From Candidatus Peregrinibacteria bacterium (GTDB lineage: Bacteria > Patescibacteriota > Gracilibacteria > UBA1369), in NCBI GenBank assembly GCA_963708185.1, contig OY970195.1, positions 1,120,001 to 1,184,000 on the forward strand: DNA of 64,000 bases, written 5' to 3'. The translations under genes were made by a program, and so were the position numbers. Under the pieces are notes generated by a model. The model was not told where the DNA came from, did not search any database, and saw only the letters and a list, made by a program, of their open reading frames with translations. Positions 55,487 through 64,000 of this stretch are shown one piece after another; the stretch's first letter is position 1, and each line of letters opens with the position of its first letter.

Positions 55487-56442
55487 GTACTTTTAGATTC
55501 CTTCCCCAAAATAAAGCGGGCGTTGCGTTGCAGCCCCGCTTTTTTCGTACGCATGACCGGCGAGCCGGCAAAACGTTCCAGGAACTCTTCGTCCGTTTGC
55601 ATGGCAAGGATCTCTTCGAGCGGCATGGAATGCCCGGCGATCTTTACTTCACGGAACTCTTTGAGATGGAGCGGTTTGGCAAAAGCTTTGTTATAGGGGC
55701 AAACCTCCTGGCAGATGTCGCAGCCGAAAACCCAATTGCCCATTTTTCCGCGGAACTCTTCGGGAATGGGGCCTTTGTTCTCAATCGTGAGGTAGGAAAT
55801 GCATTTTCTGGAGTCCATGCGACGGGGTCCTGTGATGGCATCCGTGGGGCAGGCTTCCATACAGCGGGTACAGGTTCCGCAGGTACCGTCCGCGGGTTTG
55901 TCCGGAGCGAGTTTGAGGGTCGTGAGGATCTCTCCCAGAAGAACGTACGAGCCGTATTCGCGGGTGATCAACGTCGTATTTTTGCCGATGAAGCCGAGCC
56001 CGGCGCGGACAGCAAAGGATTTTTCCATGATCGGGCTTGAGTCGACGCATGGCTTGCAGACGGCATCGGGGTAAGTTTGAACGATATAGTTCTCGATCTG
56101 TCGGAGCAGTTTCTTGATGACTTTGTGATAGTCCCGGCCGTACGCGTAACGGGCGAAACGGCCGCTGCCGGAAGGGGCCGGTGGAACATCGCGGTAATAG
56201 TTCACCGCGATGACGACGACGCTTTGTGCTCCTGGTAAAAGCTGTTTAGGGCGCGTTCGTTTCACTGGATCTTCCAGGTAGTGCATGGATCCCTGGCGGT
56301 TCTCGGCAATAAAGTCCTCAAGGTGTTTTTGCCCTTCCTCGTCGGGTTCAGCCGAAGCGATCCCGACCAGGTCGGCCCCGACGGACCTGGCAAAATCCTT
56401 GATTTTTTGGCTTGTTTGAGCAATATCTACCGTTTTTCCCAT
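55483..56442 (-). CDS. queG: Epoxyqueuosine reductase
   Basis: ARYAYGRDYH, GFIGKN, CGTCTRCMEACPT, CISYLTIE, GCDICQEVCPYN. Confidence 0.95.
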   Translation of the reverse strand: MGKTVDIAQTSQKIKDFARSVGADLVGIASAEPDEEGQKHLEDFIAENRQGSMHYLEDPVKRTRPKQLLPGAQSVVVIAVNYYRDVPPAPSGSGRFARYAYGRDYHKVIKKLLRQIENYIVQTYPDAVCKPCVDSSPIMEKSFAVRAGLGFIGKNTTLITREYGSYVLLGEILTTLKLAPDKPADGTCGTCTRCMEACPTDAITGPRRMDSRKCISYLTIENKGPIPEEFRGKMGNWVFGCDICQEVCPYNKAFAKPLHLKEFREVKIAGHSMPLEEILAMQTDEEFLERFAGSPVMRTKKAGLQRNARFILGKESKST

Positions 56443-56621
56443 AAAAGATGACTATGGTGAAAGTTCAATGATTACGCAATCTCATATAGAGTTATACACT
56501 GTAAGATTGTTCTGTTCAGTGGTATTTCATTGTAAGGAAAGAAACGATGATTTTGCTGACAATATGAGTTGACTTTGTTTTAAAATGTGTTATATTTTTA
56601 CCTTAATTTTTTCTTCTTTTT

Positions 56622-57941
56622 ATGCAAGACCAGTACCCATTGTCCGAGAACGAGATCGAAGAATCACCCGAGAACGATCAAGCTGAAGGAACAGAAAGTA
56701 GAGAGCCAAAAACATTAGCTTTTTCACTGGAAGACGAAAAAGCGGCGATGAGTTTCGAACTCAAAAGCAAATACTCTCTCCCCGACGTTACGGTCAAGCA
56801 TTTATTGAACCAGTTTGCTTCTTTCGCCAAAAAAGATCGCGAAGACAAAACGCTTCAGGCCGTCCTTCGCGACGTTGCCATGGAAATCGGCAGAAAACGG
56901 GGGGAGTTGAGTCCGATGTATCTTGCGATCAAAGACTACGCCGAAAAAAAGGGAGCGACCATGGACATCAGTGTTGTTCAGAAAAAAATTTCGGATGCTG
57001 CCGGACGTTTTGCCACTGAGACGTCCAATGAGGTTGAAAGTGTTTTTTCCACCGAAGAGGTTCCCTCTGCCGTGCGAACAAAACTTTCCTCTATTTTCGA
57101 CAAGAATCTGGAATTGCCGGATATCATCAAACTTGTGTTCCCCAGCATGAAACCCATGCTCGTGAACACCCTCAACCTTAAACTTCTCCAGGGACCTACC
57201 CAGGAAGAAGAGGGGAATCCGCTGTGGCACATTCATTATTTTTTTGATCTCGTCCAGCGTTTCGATTCACTCAGGGAAGATCTCCGGGAACAGCAGTTCC
57301 CTTTGGAGACCGTTGCCAGAATGCTTGTTGCTTTGGGCCAACGCGAAGCGAACAGGGCGGCTAATTCCCGTGCTTCCCGACGTGACCGTTTCGATACGGT
57401 CGTCGGCATGAAGGTTGACCAGCTTGCGCTGGAAAAAGCCATCGCTTCGGTAAAGGAATCGCGCTCTACGCCCGCAGGCGTCGAGGAAGACGGGCAAAAA
57501 GTTGCCGACGATAAACCGACGGAAAGCCAATATCCCGAGGTTGAGATCCACGAAGACAGCATTTCTCCCGATGCCGAACAGGGCGATGATATTCACAAAC
57601 GCGTGACCTACGCACCGGGTATGCTCAACGGAAATACGGCAGAAGATATTTACACCCGTGAAACCATCACCACTGAAGTTGACGATGCCCCGGCGGAAGA
57701 CCCAAAAGATCTCCAGAATTCCATTCCCACGGTTCCCGTCAATGTTGCTGAAGTTCGTGACCAACTCCTAAAAGCAGGCATTGATCCCGATTTCAGCAAG
57801 GACCCCGCGATTGCCGTACATTCACAAGATACCGACGAACCCGTTGCTCCTCCCAAGAAAAACAAAGGGCGCAAAAAGGGCTCGGGGGTGATGGGTGCCA
57901 TTCGCGGACTCGTCGGGAAAAAGGACAAAGAAAACGAGTAA
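56622..57941 (+). CDS. Acidic hypothetical protein with disordered C-terminus
   Basis: 439-aa ORF behind TTGACT-N16-TATATT. Confidence 0.75.
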   Translation: MQDQYPLSENEIEESPENDQAEGTESREPKTLAFSLEDEKAAMSFELKSKYSLPDVTVKHLLNQFASFAKKDREDKTLQAVLRDVAMEIGRKRGELSPMYLAIKDYAEKKGATMDISVVQKKISDAAGRFATETSNEVESVFSTEEVPSAVRTKLSSIFDKNLELPDIIKLVFPSMKPMLVNTLNLKLLQGPTQEEEGNPLWHIHYFFDLVQRFDSLREDLREQQFPLETVARMLVALGQREANRAANSRASRRDRFDTVVGMKVDQLALEKAIASVKESRSTPAGVEEDGQKVADDKPTESQYPEVEIHEDSISPDAEQGDDIHKRVTYAPGMLNGNTAEDIYTRETITTEVDDAPAEDPKDLQNSIPTVPVNVAEVRDQLLKAGIDPDFSKDPAIAVHSQDTDEPVAPPKKNKGRKKGSGVMGAIRGLVGKKDKENE

Positions 57942-57950
57942 ATTTTTCTT

Positions 57951-57979
57951 TTGCGTCGTGTTGAACGTTGCGCTATACT
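57951..57979 (+). promoter_or_regulatory. Promoter of carB
   Basis: TTGCGT-N17-TATACT. Confidence 0.55.
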
Positions 57980-58061
57980 CGCTACGATCCAGGCTTGAAA
58001 GCTTCAGCGTGCTCACTTGAGCGCGCCTCCATAACGCCATCCGGAACACTTATCATCGCCC

Positions 58062-61000
58062 ATGATTTTTTCCCGAAAACACGCTAAGGAACTCAAGAAA
58101 ATGAAAAAGGTCGTCATCCTTGGTTCCGGGGCGTTGAAGATCGGGGAAGCGGGTGAGTTTGATTATTCCGGTTCACAAGCCATAAAAGCCCTCAAAGAAG
58201 AGGGTATTTTTACAGTACTCGTCAATCCCAACATCGCCACGAACCAGACGAGCAAAGGTCTCGCCGACAAGATTTATTTTCTTCCGGTGAATCCCTATTT
58301 TGTGGAAAAAATTATCGAGAAAGAAAAACCGGACGGCATTTTGCTGAGCTTCGGAGGACAGACGGCATTGAATTGCGGAGTGGACCTTAACAAGGGCGGC
58401 GTATTGAAAAAACACAACGTTGCGGTTCTGGGGACTCCCGTCAGCGCCATTGAAAAAACCGAAGACCGCGAACTTTTCAACAAAGAGATCCTTTCGATCG
58501 GGATGAAGGTTCCGCGGAGCATCGCCTGCAACAATAAAGCGGCCGCCATGGCGGCCGCGGACAAGGTGGGATATCCGGTCATCGTTCGAGCCGCCTTCGC
58601 GCTCGGAGGCAAAGGTTCTGGCTTCGCTTACAGCACAAACGAGCTGAGTGAACTTCTGGATACCGCTTTCGCTTACAGCAACCAGGTGCTCGTCGAAGAA
58701 AATCTGAAAGGGTGGAAAGAGCTTGAGTATGAAGTGGTCCGCGACAGTTACGATAACTGCATCGTGGTTTGTAACATGGAAAATTTCGATCCGCTGGGTA
58801 TCCACACCGGTGAAAGCATCGTGGTCGCTCCTTCCCAGACGCTTAATAACGAGGAGTATCATCGTTTGCGCGAACGGGCCATCAAGGCGATCCGTCACCT
58901 CGGGGTGATCGGTGAATGCAACATCCAGTTCGCGCTCGATCCGAAATCCGACGACTACCGCATTATTGAAGTGAACGCGCGTCTCAGCCGCAGTTCGGCG
59001 CTGGCGAGCAAAGCCACGGGCTATCCCCTGGCTCACGTGGCGGCAAAACTGGCCTTGGGCTATTCTCTTCCCGAACTTCGCAACGCCGTTACCAAAGTGA
59101 CGACGGCGTGTTTTGAGCCGGCGCTGGACTACATCGCCATGAAAATTCCACGATGGGATCTCGATAAATTCCGCATGGTTTCCCAGGAAATCAGTTCGGA
59201 AATGAAGTCCGTCGGGGAGATCATGTCGCTGGGAAGAAGTTTCGAAGAGGTCGTCCAGAAGGGCCTGCGCATGCTGCAGGTCGGATTTTACGGTTTTGTG
59301 GCCAACAGCAACGTGAACTTCAAACCGGAAAATCTTGAACGGGAAATCCAGGTTCCCACGCCGCGACGCATTCTTGCCGTCGCCGAAGCGCTTCGCCAGG
59401 GCATGAAGGTTGAAAAAATCAGCAGGCTTTCCGGCATCGACGCATGGTTCCTTGATAAACTGAAAAATATCGTCGAAACGGAAAAAGAGATCCGTAAGCA
59501 CAAGGATCTCCCGAAAGATCTTCTGAAACAAGCCAAAAAACACGGATTTTCCGACAAGCAGCTCGCCGAACTCACCGGGAAAAGCGAGGACAGCATCAGG
59601 GCTTTGCGTAAAAAAGTCGGCGTCGTTCCCGTGGTGAAACAGATCGATACGATGGCGGCCGAGTTCCCGGCGAAAACCAACTATCTTTACCTTACTTATC
59701 ACGGTGAAAAAGACGACATCGATTACAAAAAGAAATCGACGAAGAAGAAAATGGTGGTGCTCGGTTCCGGACCTTACGCCATCGGAACTTCTGTAGAGTT
59801 CGACTGGTGCAGCGTGAATTCGCTTCAGACCGTGGGCCGGTACGGCTACGAAACAATCATGATCAACTACAATCCCGAAACGGTTTCCACCGACTATGAC
59901 ATGTCGGACAAACTGTATTTTGATGAACTCTCGCTGGAACGCGTCCTGGATATTTACGAGAAGGAAAAGCCCGACGGCATGATCGTGTCGACCGGGGGGC
60001 AGGTGTCGAATAACCTCGCGCTGAAACTTTACAACGCTGGCGTGAAAATCCTGGGAACGGCTGCGGAGAACATTGACCGGGCGGAAGACCGCCACAAGTT
60101 TTCGCAGATGCTCGACAAGCTGGCGATCGACCAGCCGAAGTGGAAGGAACTCAGCAATATCGAACAGATTAAAAAATTCACCCGTGACGTGGAATTCCCG
60201 GTTCTGGTGAGGCCTTCGTACGTGCTTTCCGGCGCGGCCATGAGCGTGGCCCATAACGAAGACGCCCTTATGCAGTTTTTAAACAAGGCGACGAGAATTT
60301 CTTCCGACGCTCCGGTGGTCGTGAGCAAGTTTGAAATGGGGGCGAAGGAGATCGAGGTCGATGCCGTGGCCATGGGAGGAAACGTCCTCATCTATGCCAT
60401 CGCAGAGCACGTTGAAAACGCGGGCGTACATTCCGGTGACGCAACGATCGTCCTGCCGCCGCAAAAACTTTACATTGAAACGATCAGGAGAATTAAGGAG
60501 ATCACCAAAAAAATCGCAGCCGAACTTAAAATCACCGGGCCTTTCAACATCCAGTTCCTGGCGAAAAACAACCAGGTAAAGGTTATTGAATGCAACCTTC
60601 GCGCCAGCCGTTCTTTTCCGTTTTCGTCCAAGGTCACCGGTTACAACTTCATCGAAATCGCGACCCTGGCCATGCTCAAAAAGAAACCCCTTGAATACTT
60701 CAAAAAGAAGAGCTACAAGACCTTGGACCTGGATCATGTGGGGGTCAAAGCGTCTCAATTTTCTTTCTCCCGCCTCAAAGGCGCCGATCCGGTACTGGGC
60801 GTTGAAATGGCATCGACCGGAGAGGTGGCCTGTTTCGGCGACGATATGTACGAGGCCCTCTTGAAAGCCATGATTTCCACGGGATTTACCATCCCCAAAA
60901 AACGCATCCTGTTGAGCATCGGAAAGATCGAAGACAAAGCGGCGTTCCTGAAGTCCACACAGAGTCTTGTCGCCATGAATTATGAACTGTACGCCACCGA

Positions 61001-61307
61001 AAATACGTCGAAATTTCTGAGCGACAACGGGATCAAGAATACGCTGCTCTACAAGATCCGCAGCGGAAAGAAGCCGAACATTCTTGACGTTCTCGGTGAA
61101 AAAATCATCGATCTGGTCATCAATATTCCCAAGAACTACAGCCGTGAAGAGGTCACCGACGGGTACTTGATCAGACGAAAAGTCATTGATTTCAATATTC
61201 CCCTCGTTACCAACCTCCAGCTTGCCCAGAGCCTGGTTGAGGCTTTGCAGCGCTATAACATCGACGGCCTCAAGATCAAAGAATGGGCCGATTACGTCGA
61301 AATGTAA
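58062..61307 (+). CDS. carB: Carbamoyl-phosphate synthase large subunit
   Basis: LGSGALKIGEAGEFDYSG, two ATP-grasp halves, RSSALASKATG, C-terminal MGS domain. Confidence 0.97.
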   Translation: MIFSRKHAKELKKMKKVVILGSGALKIGEAGEFDYSGSQAIKALKEEGIFTVLVNPNIATNQTSKGLADKIYFLPVNPYFVEKIIEKEKPDGILLSFGGQTALNCGVDLNKGGVLKKHNVAVLGTPVSAIEKTEDRELFNKEILSIGMKVPRSIACNNKAAAMAAADKVGYPVIVRAAFALGGKGSGFAYSTNELSELLDTAFAYSNQVLVEENLKGWKELEYEVVRDSYDNCIVVCNMENFDPLGIHTGESIVVAPSQTLNNEEYHRLRERAIKAIRHLGVIGECNIQFALDPKSDDYRIIEVNARLSRSSALASKATGYPLAHVAAKLALGYSLPELRNAVTKVTTACFEPALDYIAMKIPRWDLDKFRMVSQEISSEMKSVGEIMSLGRSFEEVVQKGLRMLQVGFYGFVANSNVNFKPENLEREIQVPTPRRILAVAEALRQGMKVEKISRLSGIDAWFLDKLKNIVETEKEIRKHKDLPKDLLKQAKKHGFSDKQLAELTGKSEDSIRALRKKVGVVPVVKQIDTMAAEFPAKTNYLYLTYHGEKDDIDYKKKSTKKKMVVLGSGPYAIGTSVEFDWCSVNSLQTVGRYGYETIMINYNPETVSTDYDMSDKLYFDELSLERVLDIYEKEKPDGMIVSTGGQVSNNLALKLYNAGVKILGTAAENIDRAEDRHKFSQMLDKLAIDQPKWKELSNIEQIKKFTRDVEFPVLVRPSYVLSGAAMSVAHNEDALMQFLNKATRISSDAPVVVSKFEMGAKEIEVDAVAMGGNVLIYAIAEHVENAGVHSGDATIVLPPQKLYIETIRRIKEITKKIAAELKITGPFNIQFLAKNNQVKVIECNLRASRSFPFSSKVTGYNFIEIATLAMLKKKPLEYFKKKSYKTLDLDHVGVKASQFSFSRLKGADPVLGVEMASTGEVACFGDDMYEALLKAMISTGFTIPKKRILLSIGKIEDKAAFLKSTQSLVAMNYELYATENTSKFLSDNGIKNTLLYKIRSGKKPNILDVLGEKIIDLVINIPKNYSREEVTDGYLIRRKVIDFNIPLVTNLQLAQSLVEALQRYNIDGLKIKEWADYVEM

Positions 61308-61411
61308 TATTTCATTCCTGAGTTCGTCTTAAGATTATCAGGCGTTTTTTTGGCATGATTTTATCATCAAAAGGTGTAATAAAATGACTTCTGCAAGGTT
61401 ATAATTTCACC

Positions 61412-62002
61412 ATGAACAAGAAACCCTCACATCCCGGCGCATTGCCGTCCAATGACACCGCCGCCAGCGGTACTCACGAGACTCCCTGTTCCGCCATCAA
61501 ACCGAGGAGAAGAGTATCTGCGGCCCTTGCTTTCAGTGAACAAGCCCAGGAGATCCGTGCCGTCCGAGGGAATACGGGCGCGATTGCCGTCCGTAAGATT
61601 CTGGGTATTCAGTTGAGCGACGATTCCGTTATCAAATCTTTCCCTGAAGAGACCCGTGAATCCTGGATGGAGATCATCGCAAGCCTCATGATTACCGCCA
61701 AGAGCGCGCTTGAAGACGACATGCCCGTAGATTTTTACGTAAAATTCCGTGAGTTGAAGGATGAAGAAGAAAAGAAACCCCTGACCGAAAAGCTGCTGTT
61801 CATTCCGCGGCTGTCTTCGTGGCTTTCAGGAAAACATTTTTCGTTAAAGGAAGGGGCCACGACTTCATCGTGGAAAGTGTCCGTCTGCAACAGTGAAGAC
61901 CTTATGGCTGCCGCTCCTATACTCGTTGCCAGGAATGAGACCACGGGGCAATTCCAGCAGGTCCAGCTCGTCCACATCATGGCCGGCCTGAAAATTTTTT
62001 AA
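61412..62002 (+). CDS. Hypothetical protein
   Basis: 196-aa ORF; TATAAT lies 6 nt upstream of the ATG. Confidence 0.6.
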   Translation: MNKKPSHPGALPSNDTAASGTHETPCSAIKPRRRVSAALAFSEQAQEIRAVRGNTGAIAVRKILGIQLSDDSVIKSFPEETRESWMEIIASLMITAKSALEDDMPVDFYVKFRELKDEEEKKPLTEKLLFIPRLSSWLSGKHFSLKEGATTSSWKVSVCNSEDLMAAAPILVARNETTGQFQQVQLVHIMAGLKIF

Positions 62003-62086
62003 CTTTTTGCTGACTTCTATTTTTCCCTTCACACCATCTTGCGAAAAATGCTATAAATGGTGCGGTTTCTTTTGGTTTTTGCATTT

Positions 62087-62716
62087 ATGAAACTTTTTGA
62101 AAAACTTTTCGGGAAAAAGGACGATGCTCCTTCTGAAGACCGCCGCCCCATAGATCCCCGCGAGAAAATAAAAGAGAAGGCCGTCGCTGAAGTTGTTGCC
62201 GGGGCGAGACGTTCGGTGCGAGAAAGTCTTTCTCCTGAAGTTTTCAGCGCAAAGGCCATGGAAAGGAAAAACCATCGCAGTACCAACGACCGGCTGCATG
62301 CCAGGATGGTGACCGATACCATGCTCGATCGCGACGAGAAGTTTCAGCAAACCCCGAATGTCGTCAAAGAGAAGCTTAAAGAGGCTATCTTCGAGCTTCT
62401 TTCCAGCGCGAGAAAAAACCCTGCGGTTTTTTATGACCGTCTCGATGCCGTAAAAAATTCATTTGGAGGAAATGAAACGCTGCGTGATATCTTTTTGACG
62501 TCCTTTTCCACCTGGCTCATGCAAAAAACGTTTGAGTACGATCCGTCGGACCGTCTCAATAAAAAATTCGACAAACCGTATCCGCGCTGGATCGTTTTGG
62601 GATGCAACCATACCGAACTCCTTGGGGTAAAGCCGCGTGTCAGGGCCTGCCACGATCGCAACCCCGCCGAGTTTGTGGAACTTATCGATGTTTTTTACGG
62701 TTTGAAACTTTTATAA
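62087..62716 (+). CDS. Hypothetical protein
   Basis: From ATG 62087 (MKLFEKLFGKK); apparently co-transcribed with folE. Confidence 0.65.
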   Translation: MKLFEKLFGKKDDAPSEDRRPIDPREKIKEKAVAEVVAGARRSVRESLSPEVFSAKAMERKNHRSTNDRLHARMVTDTMLDRDEKFQQTPNVVKEKLKEAIFELLSSARKNPAVFYDRLDAVKNSFGGNETLRDIFLTSFSTWLMQKTFEYDPSDRLNKKFDKPYPRWIVLGCNHTELLGVKPRVRACHDRNPAEFVELIDVFYGLKLL

Positions 62717-62722
62717 TTTTTT

Positions 62723-63277
62723 ATGCAAGAACAAGATTTGCAGAAACTTCTCCGGGATTTTTTCGTCCACATCGGTGAAGATCCCGAGCGGGAAGGGCTG
62801 AAAGACACTCCCAAACGAGTGCTCGCCGCCTGGGAAAAACTTTTTGGCGGATATAAACAGAAGCCGGAAGACGTCCTCACCGTGTTCGGCGATGAACTGT
62901 ATGACGAAATGATCGTCGTCAAAGACATTGAGTTTTACAGCATGTGCGAGCACCACTGTTTGCCTTTTTTCGGTCGCGCCCATGTGGGGTACATCCCCGA
63001 CGGGAAAATTATCGGGCTTTCCAAGCTGCCCAGGCTGGTGGAGATTTTTTCGCGCAGACTGCAGAACCAGGAACGTTTAACAAGCCAGATCGCGCGCGGA
63101 CTTCAGGACATTTTAAAGCCGAAAGGAGTGGGGGTGATCCTTGAAGCCAAGCATTTCTGCATGATGGCGCGCGGCGTGGAAAAACAGAACAGTGAAGTGA
63201 CCACTTCGGCGCTGCTCGGTTTGTTTAAACGCGAGCTGAATACCCGCAACGAATTTTTACGGCACGTCGGGAAATAA
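62723..63277 (+). CDS. folE: GTP cyclohydrolase I
   Basis: REGLKDTPKRV, SMCEHH, GLSKLPR, QERLT, HFCMMARGV. Confidence 0.97.
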   Translation: MQEQDLQKLLRDFFVHIGEDPEREGLKDTPKRVLAAWEKLFGGYKQKPEDVLTVFGDELYDEMIVVKDIEFYSMCEHHCLPFFGRAHVGYIPDGKIIGLSKLPRLVEIFSRRLQNQERLTSQIARGLQDILKPKGVGVILEAKHFCMMARGVEKQNSEVTTSALLGLFKRELNTRNEFLRHVGK

Positions 63278-63336
63278 GGTTTATCAAGCCAAACCTCGTT
63301 GTATTGTGTGTGAGCAGGGGTTACTATTGTGGTGTT

Positions 63337-63960
63337 ATGACCGCATTTTTACCAAAATCCATCCAGCTCCTGATCGAGGAGTTCAGCAGGCTTCCCGGCG
63401 TAGGGCCCAAATCTGCACAGCGGCTTGCCATGCACCTTTTAAGAACTCCCGGTTCCAGGGTTCAGGCTCTGGCAGGAGCGATCGGCAAACTGCAGGAAGG
63501 CTTGAGATTCTGCAGCATCTGCTGGAACATCGCCGAAAGCGATGTCTGCCGCATTTGTTCCGATCCTATGAGGAACAAGCATCTGATCTGCGTGGTTGAG
63601 GACATTCTTGACGTGGTTGCCCTTGAGAAAACTTCGGAATACCACGGGACCTACCACGTACTGCACGGGGTGCTTTCCCCGGTGGACGGCATCGGGCCGG
63701 AACAACTGAAAATCGATGCGTTGATACAAAGGATCAAGGGTGCGTCCGCCGATACTAAAACTTCCGATTTTGAGATTATTCTGGCCACGAATCCCAGCCT
63801 GGAAGGCGAAACCACTGCCATGTATTTGTCACGATTATTGAAACCTTTGGGCGTGAGAATTACCCGTATTGCCCGGGGACTTCCTGCCGGCGGTGATCTT
63901 GATTACGCCGACGAACTGACGCTTTCCCGCGCTTTGCAGGGCCGAGCCGAATACGCCTGA
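63337..63960 (+). CDS. recR: Recombination mediator RecR
   Basis: LPGVGPKSAQR HhH, C4 zinc finger, YHVLHG, ATNPSLEGETTA Toprim. Confidence 0.97.
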   Translation: MTAFLPKSIQLLIEEFSRLPGVGPKSAQRLAMHLLRTPGSRVQALAGAIGKLQEGLRFCSICWNIAESDVCRICSDPMRNKHLICVVEDILDVVALEKTSEYHGTYHVLHGVLSPVDGIGPEQLKIDALIQRIKGASADTKTSDFEIILATNPSLEGETTAMYLSRLLKPLGVRITRIARGLPAGGDLDYADELTLSRALQGRAEYA

Positions 63961-64000
63961 AACCGACCGCCAAATAAAGGCGAACGGTAGTGAGCGCGAA

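Noticed and set aside
58173-60254. 693-aa antisense ORF opposite carB, and similar long shadow ORFs opposite ftsZ, ftsA, flippase and rnj
   Set aside because: They mirror well-supported genes on the opposite strand, an expected result of codon bias, and show no recognisable motifs.
1-64000. Genetic code 25 (TGA=Gly) as in Gracilibacteria/Absconditabacteria
   Set aside because: Conserved genes (recR, pduO, ECF sigma, ABC ATPase) end at TGA at their expected lengths, and long genes have no internal TGA.

Overview
Bacterial chromosomal window read with the standard code (TGA is a stop). The weak Shine-Dalgarno usage, T4SS-type pilin, carB, ftsA-ftsZ without ftsQ and many orphan proteins suggest Patescibacteria/CPR, possibly Peregrinibacteria-like; this is inference. 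Housekeeping genes: rnj, murD, prfB, def, femX-like, ftsZ, ftsA, a 5'-3' exonuclease, khpA, rpsP, dciA-like, tRNA-Asp, alkD, msrA, an ECF-sigma/MacAB cluster, GH1, yqeY, pduO, queG, carB, folE and recR. The standout is 12.7-25.8 kb: two operons whose promoters match at 27/31 nt. They encode four paralogous small (101-120 aa) helical proteins ending in an A(E/D)x(L/I)(L/I)xxL motif and five large orphan proteins. Four of the large proteins share a non-hydrophobic N-terminal leader, MK(K/N)..R-x-V-(F/Y)..G. This looks like an undescribed substrate-plus-partner export or effector system. Also notable: two paralogous membrane-anchored giant proteins flanking a lone receiver domain (one broken by a frameshift), a pseudo-FHA giant protein with a probable G-run frameshift, a dispersed family of palindromic elements, an in-frame 3x48 bp palindromic repeat, and a Tat-like lipoprotein.
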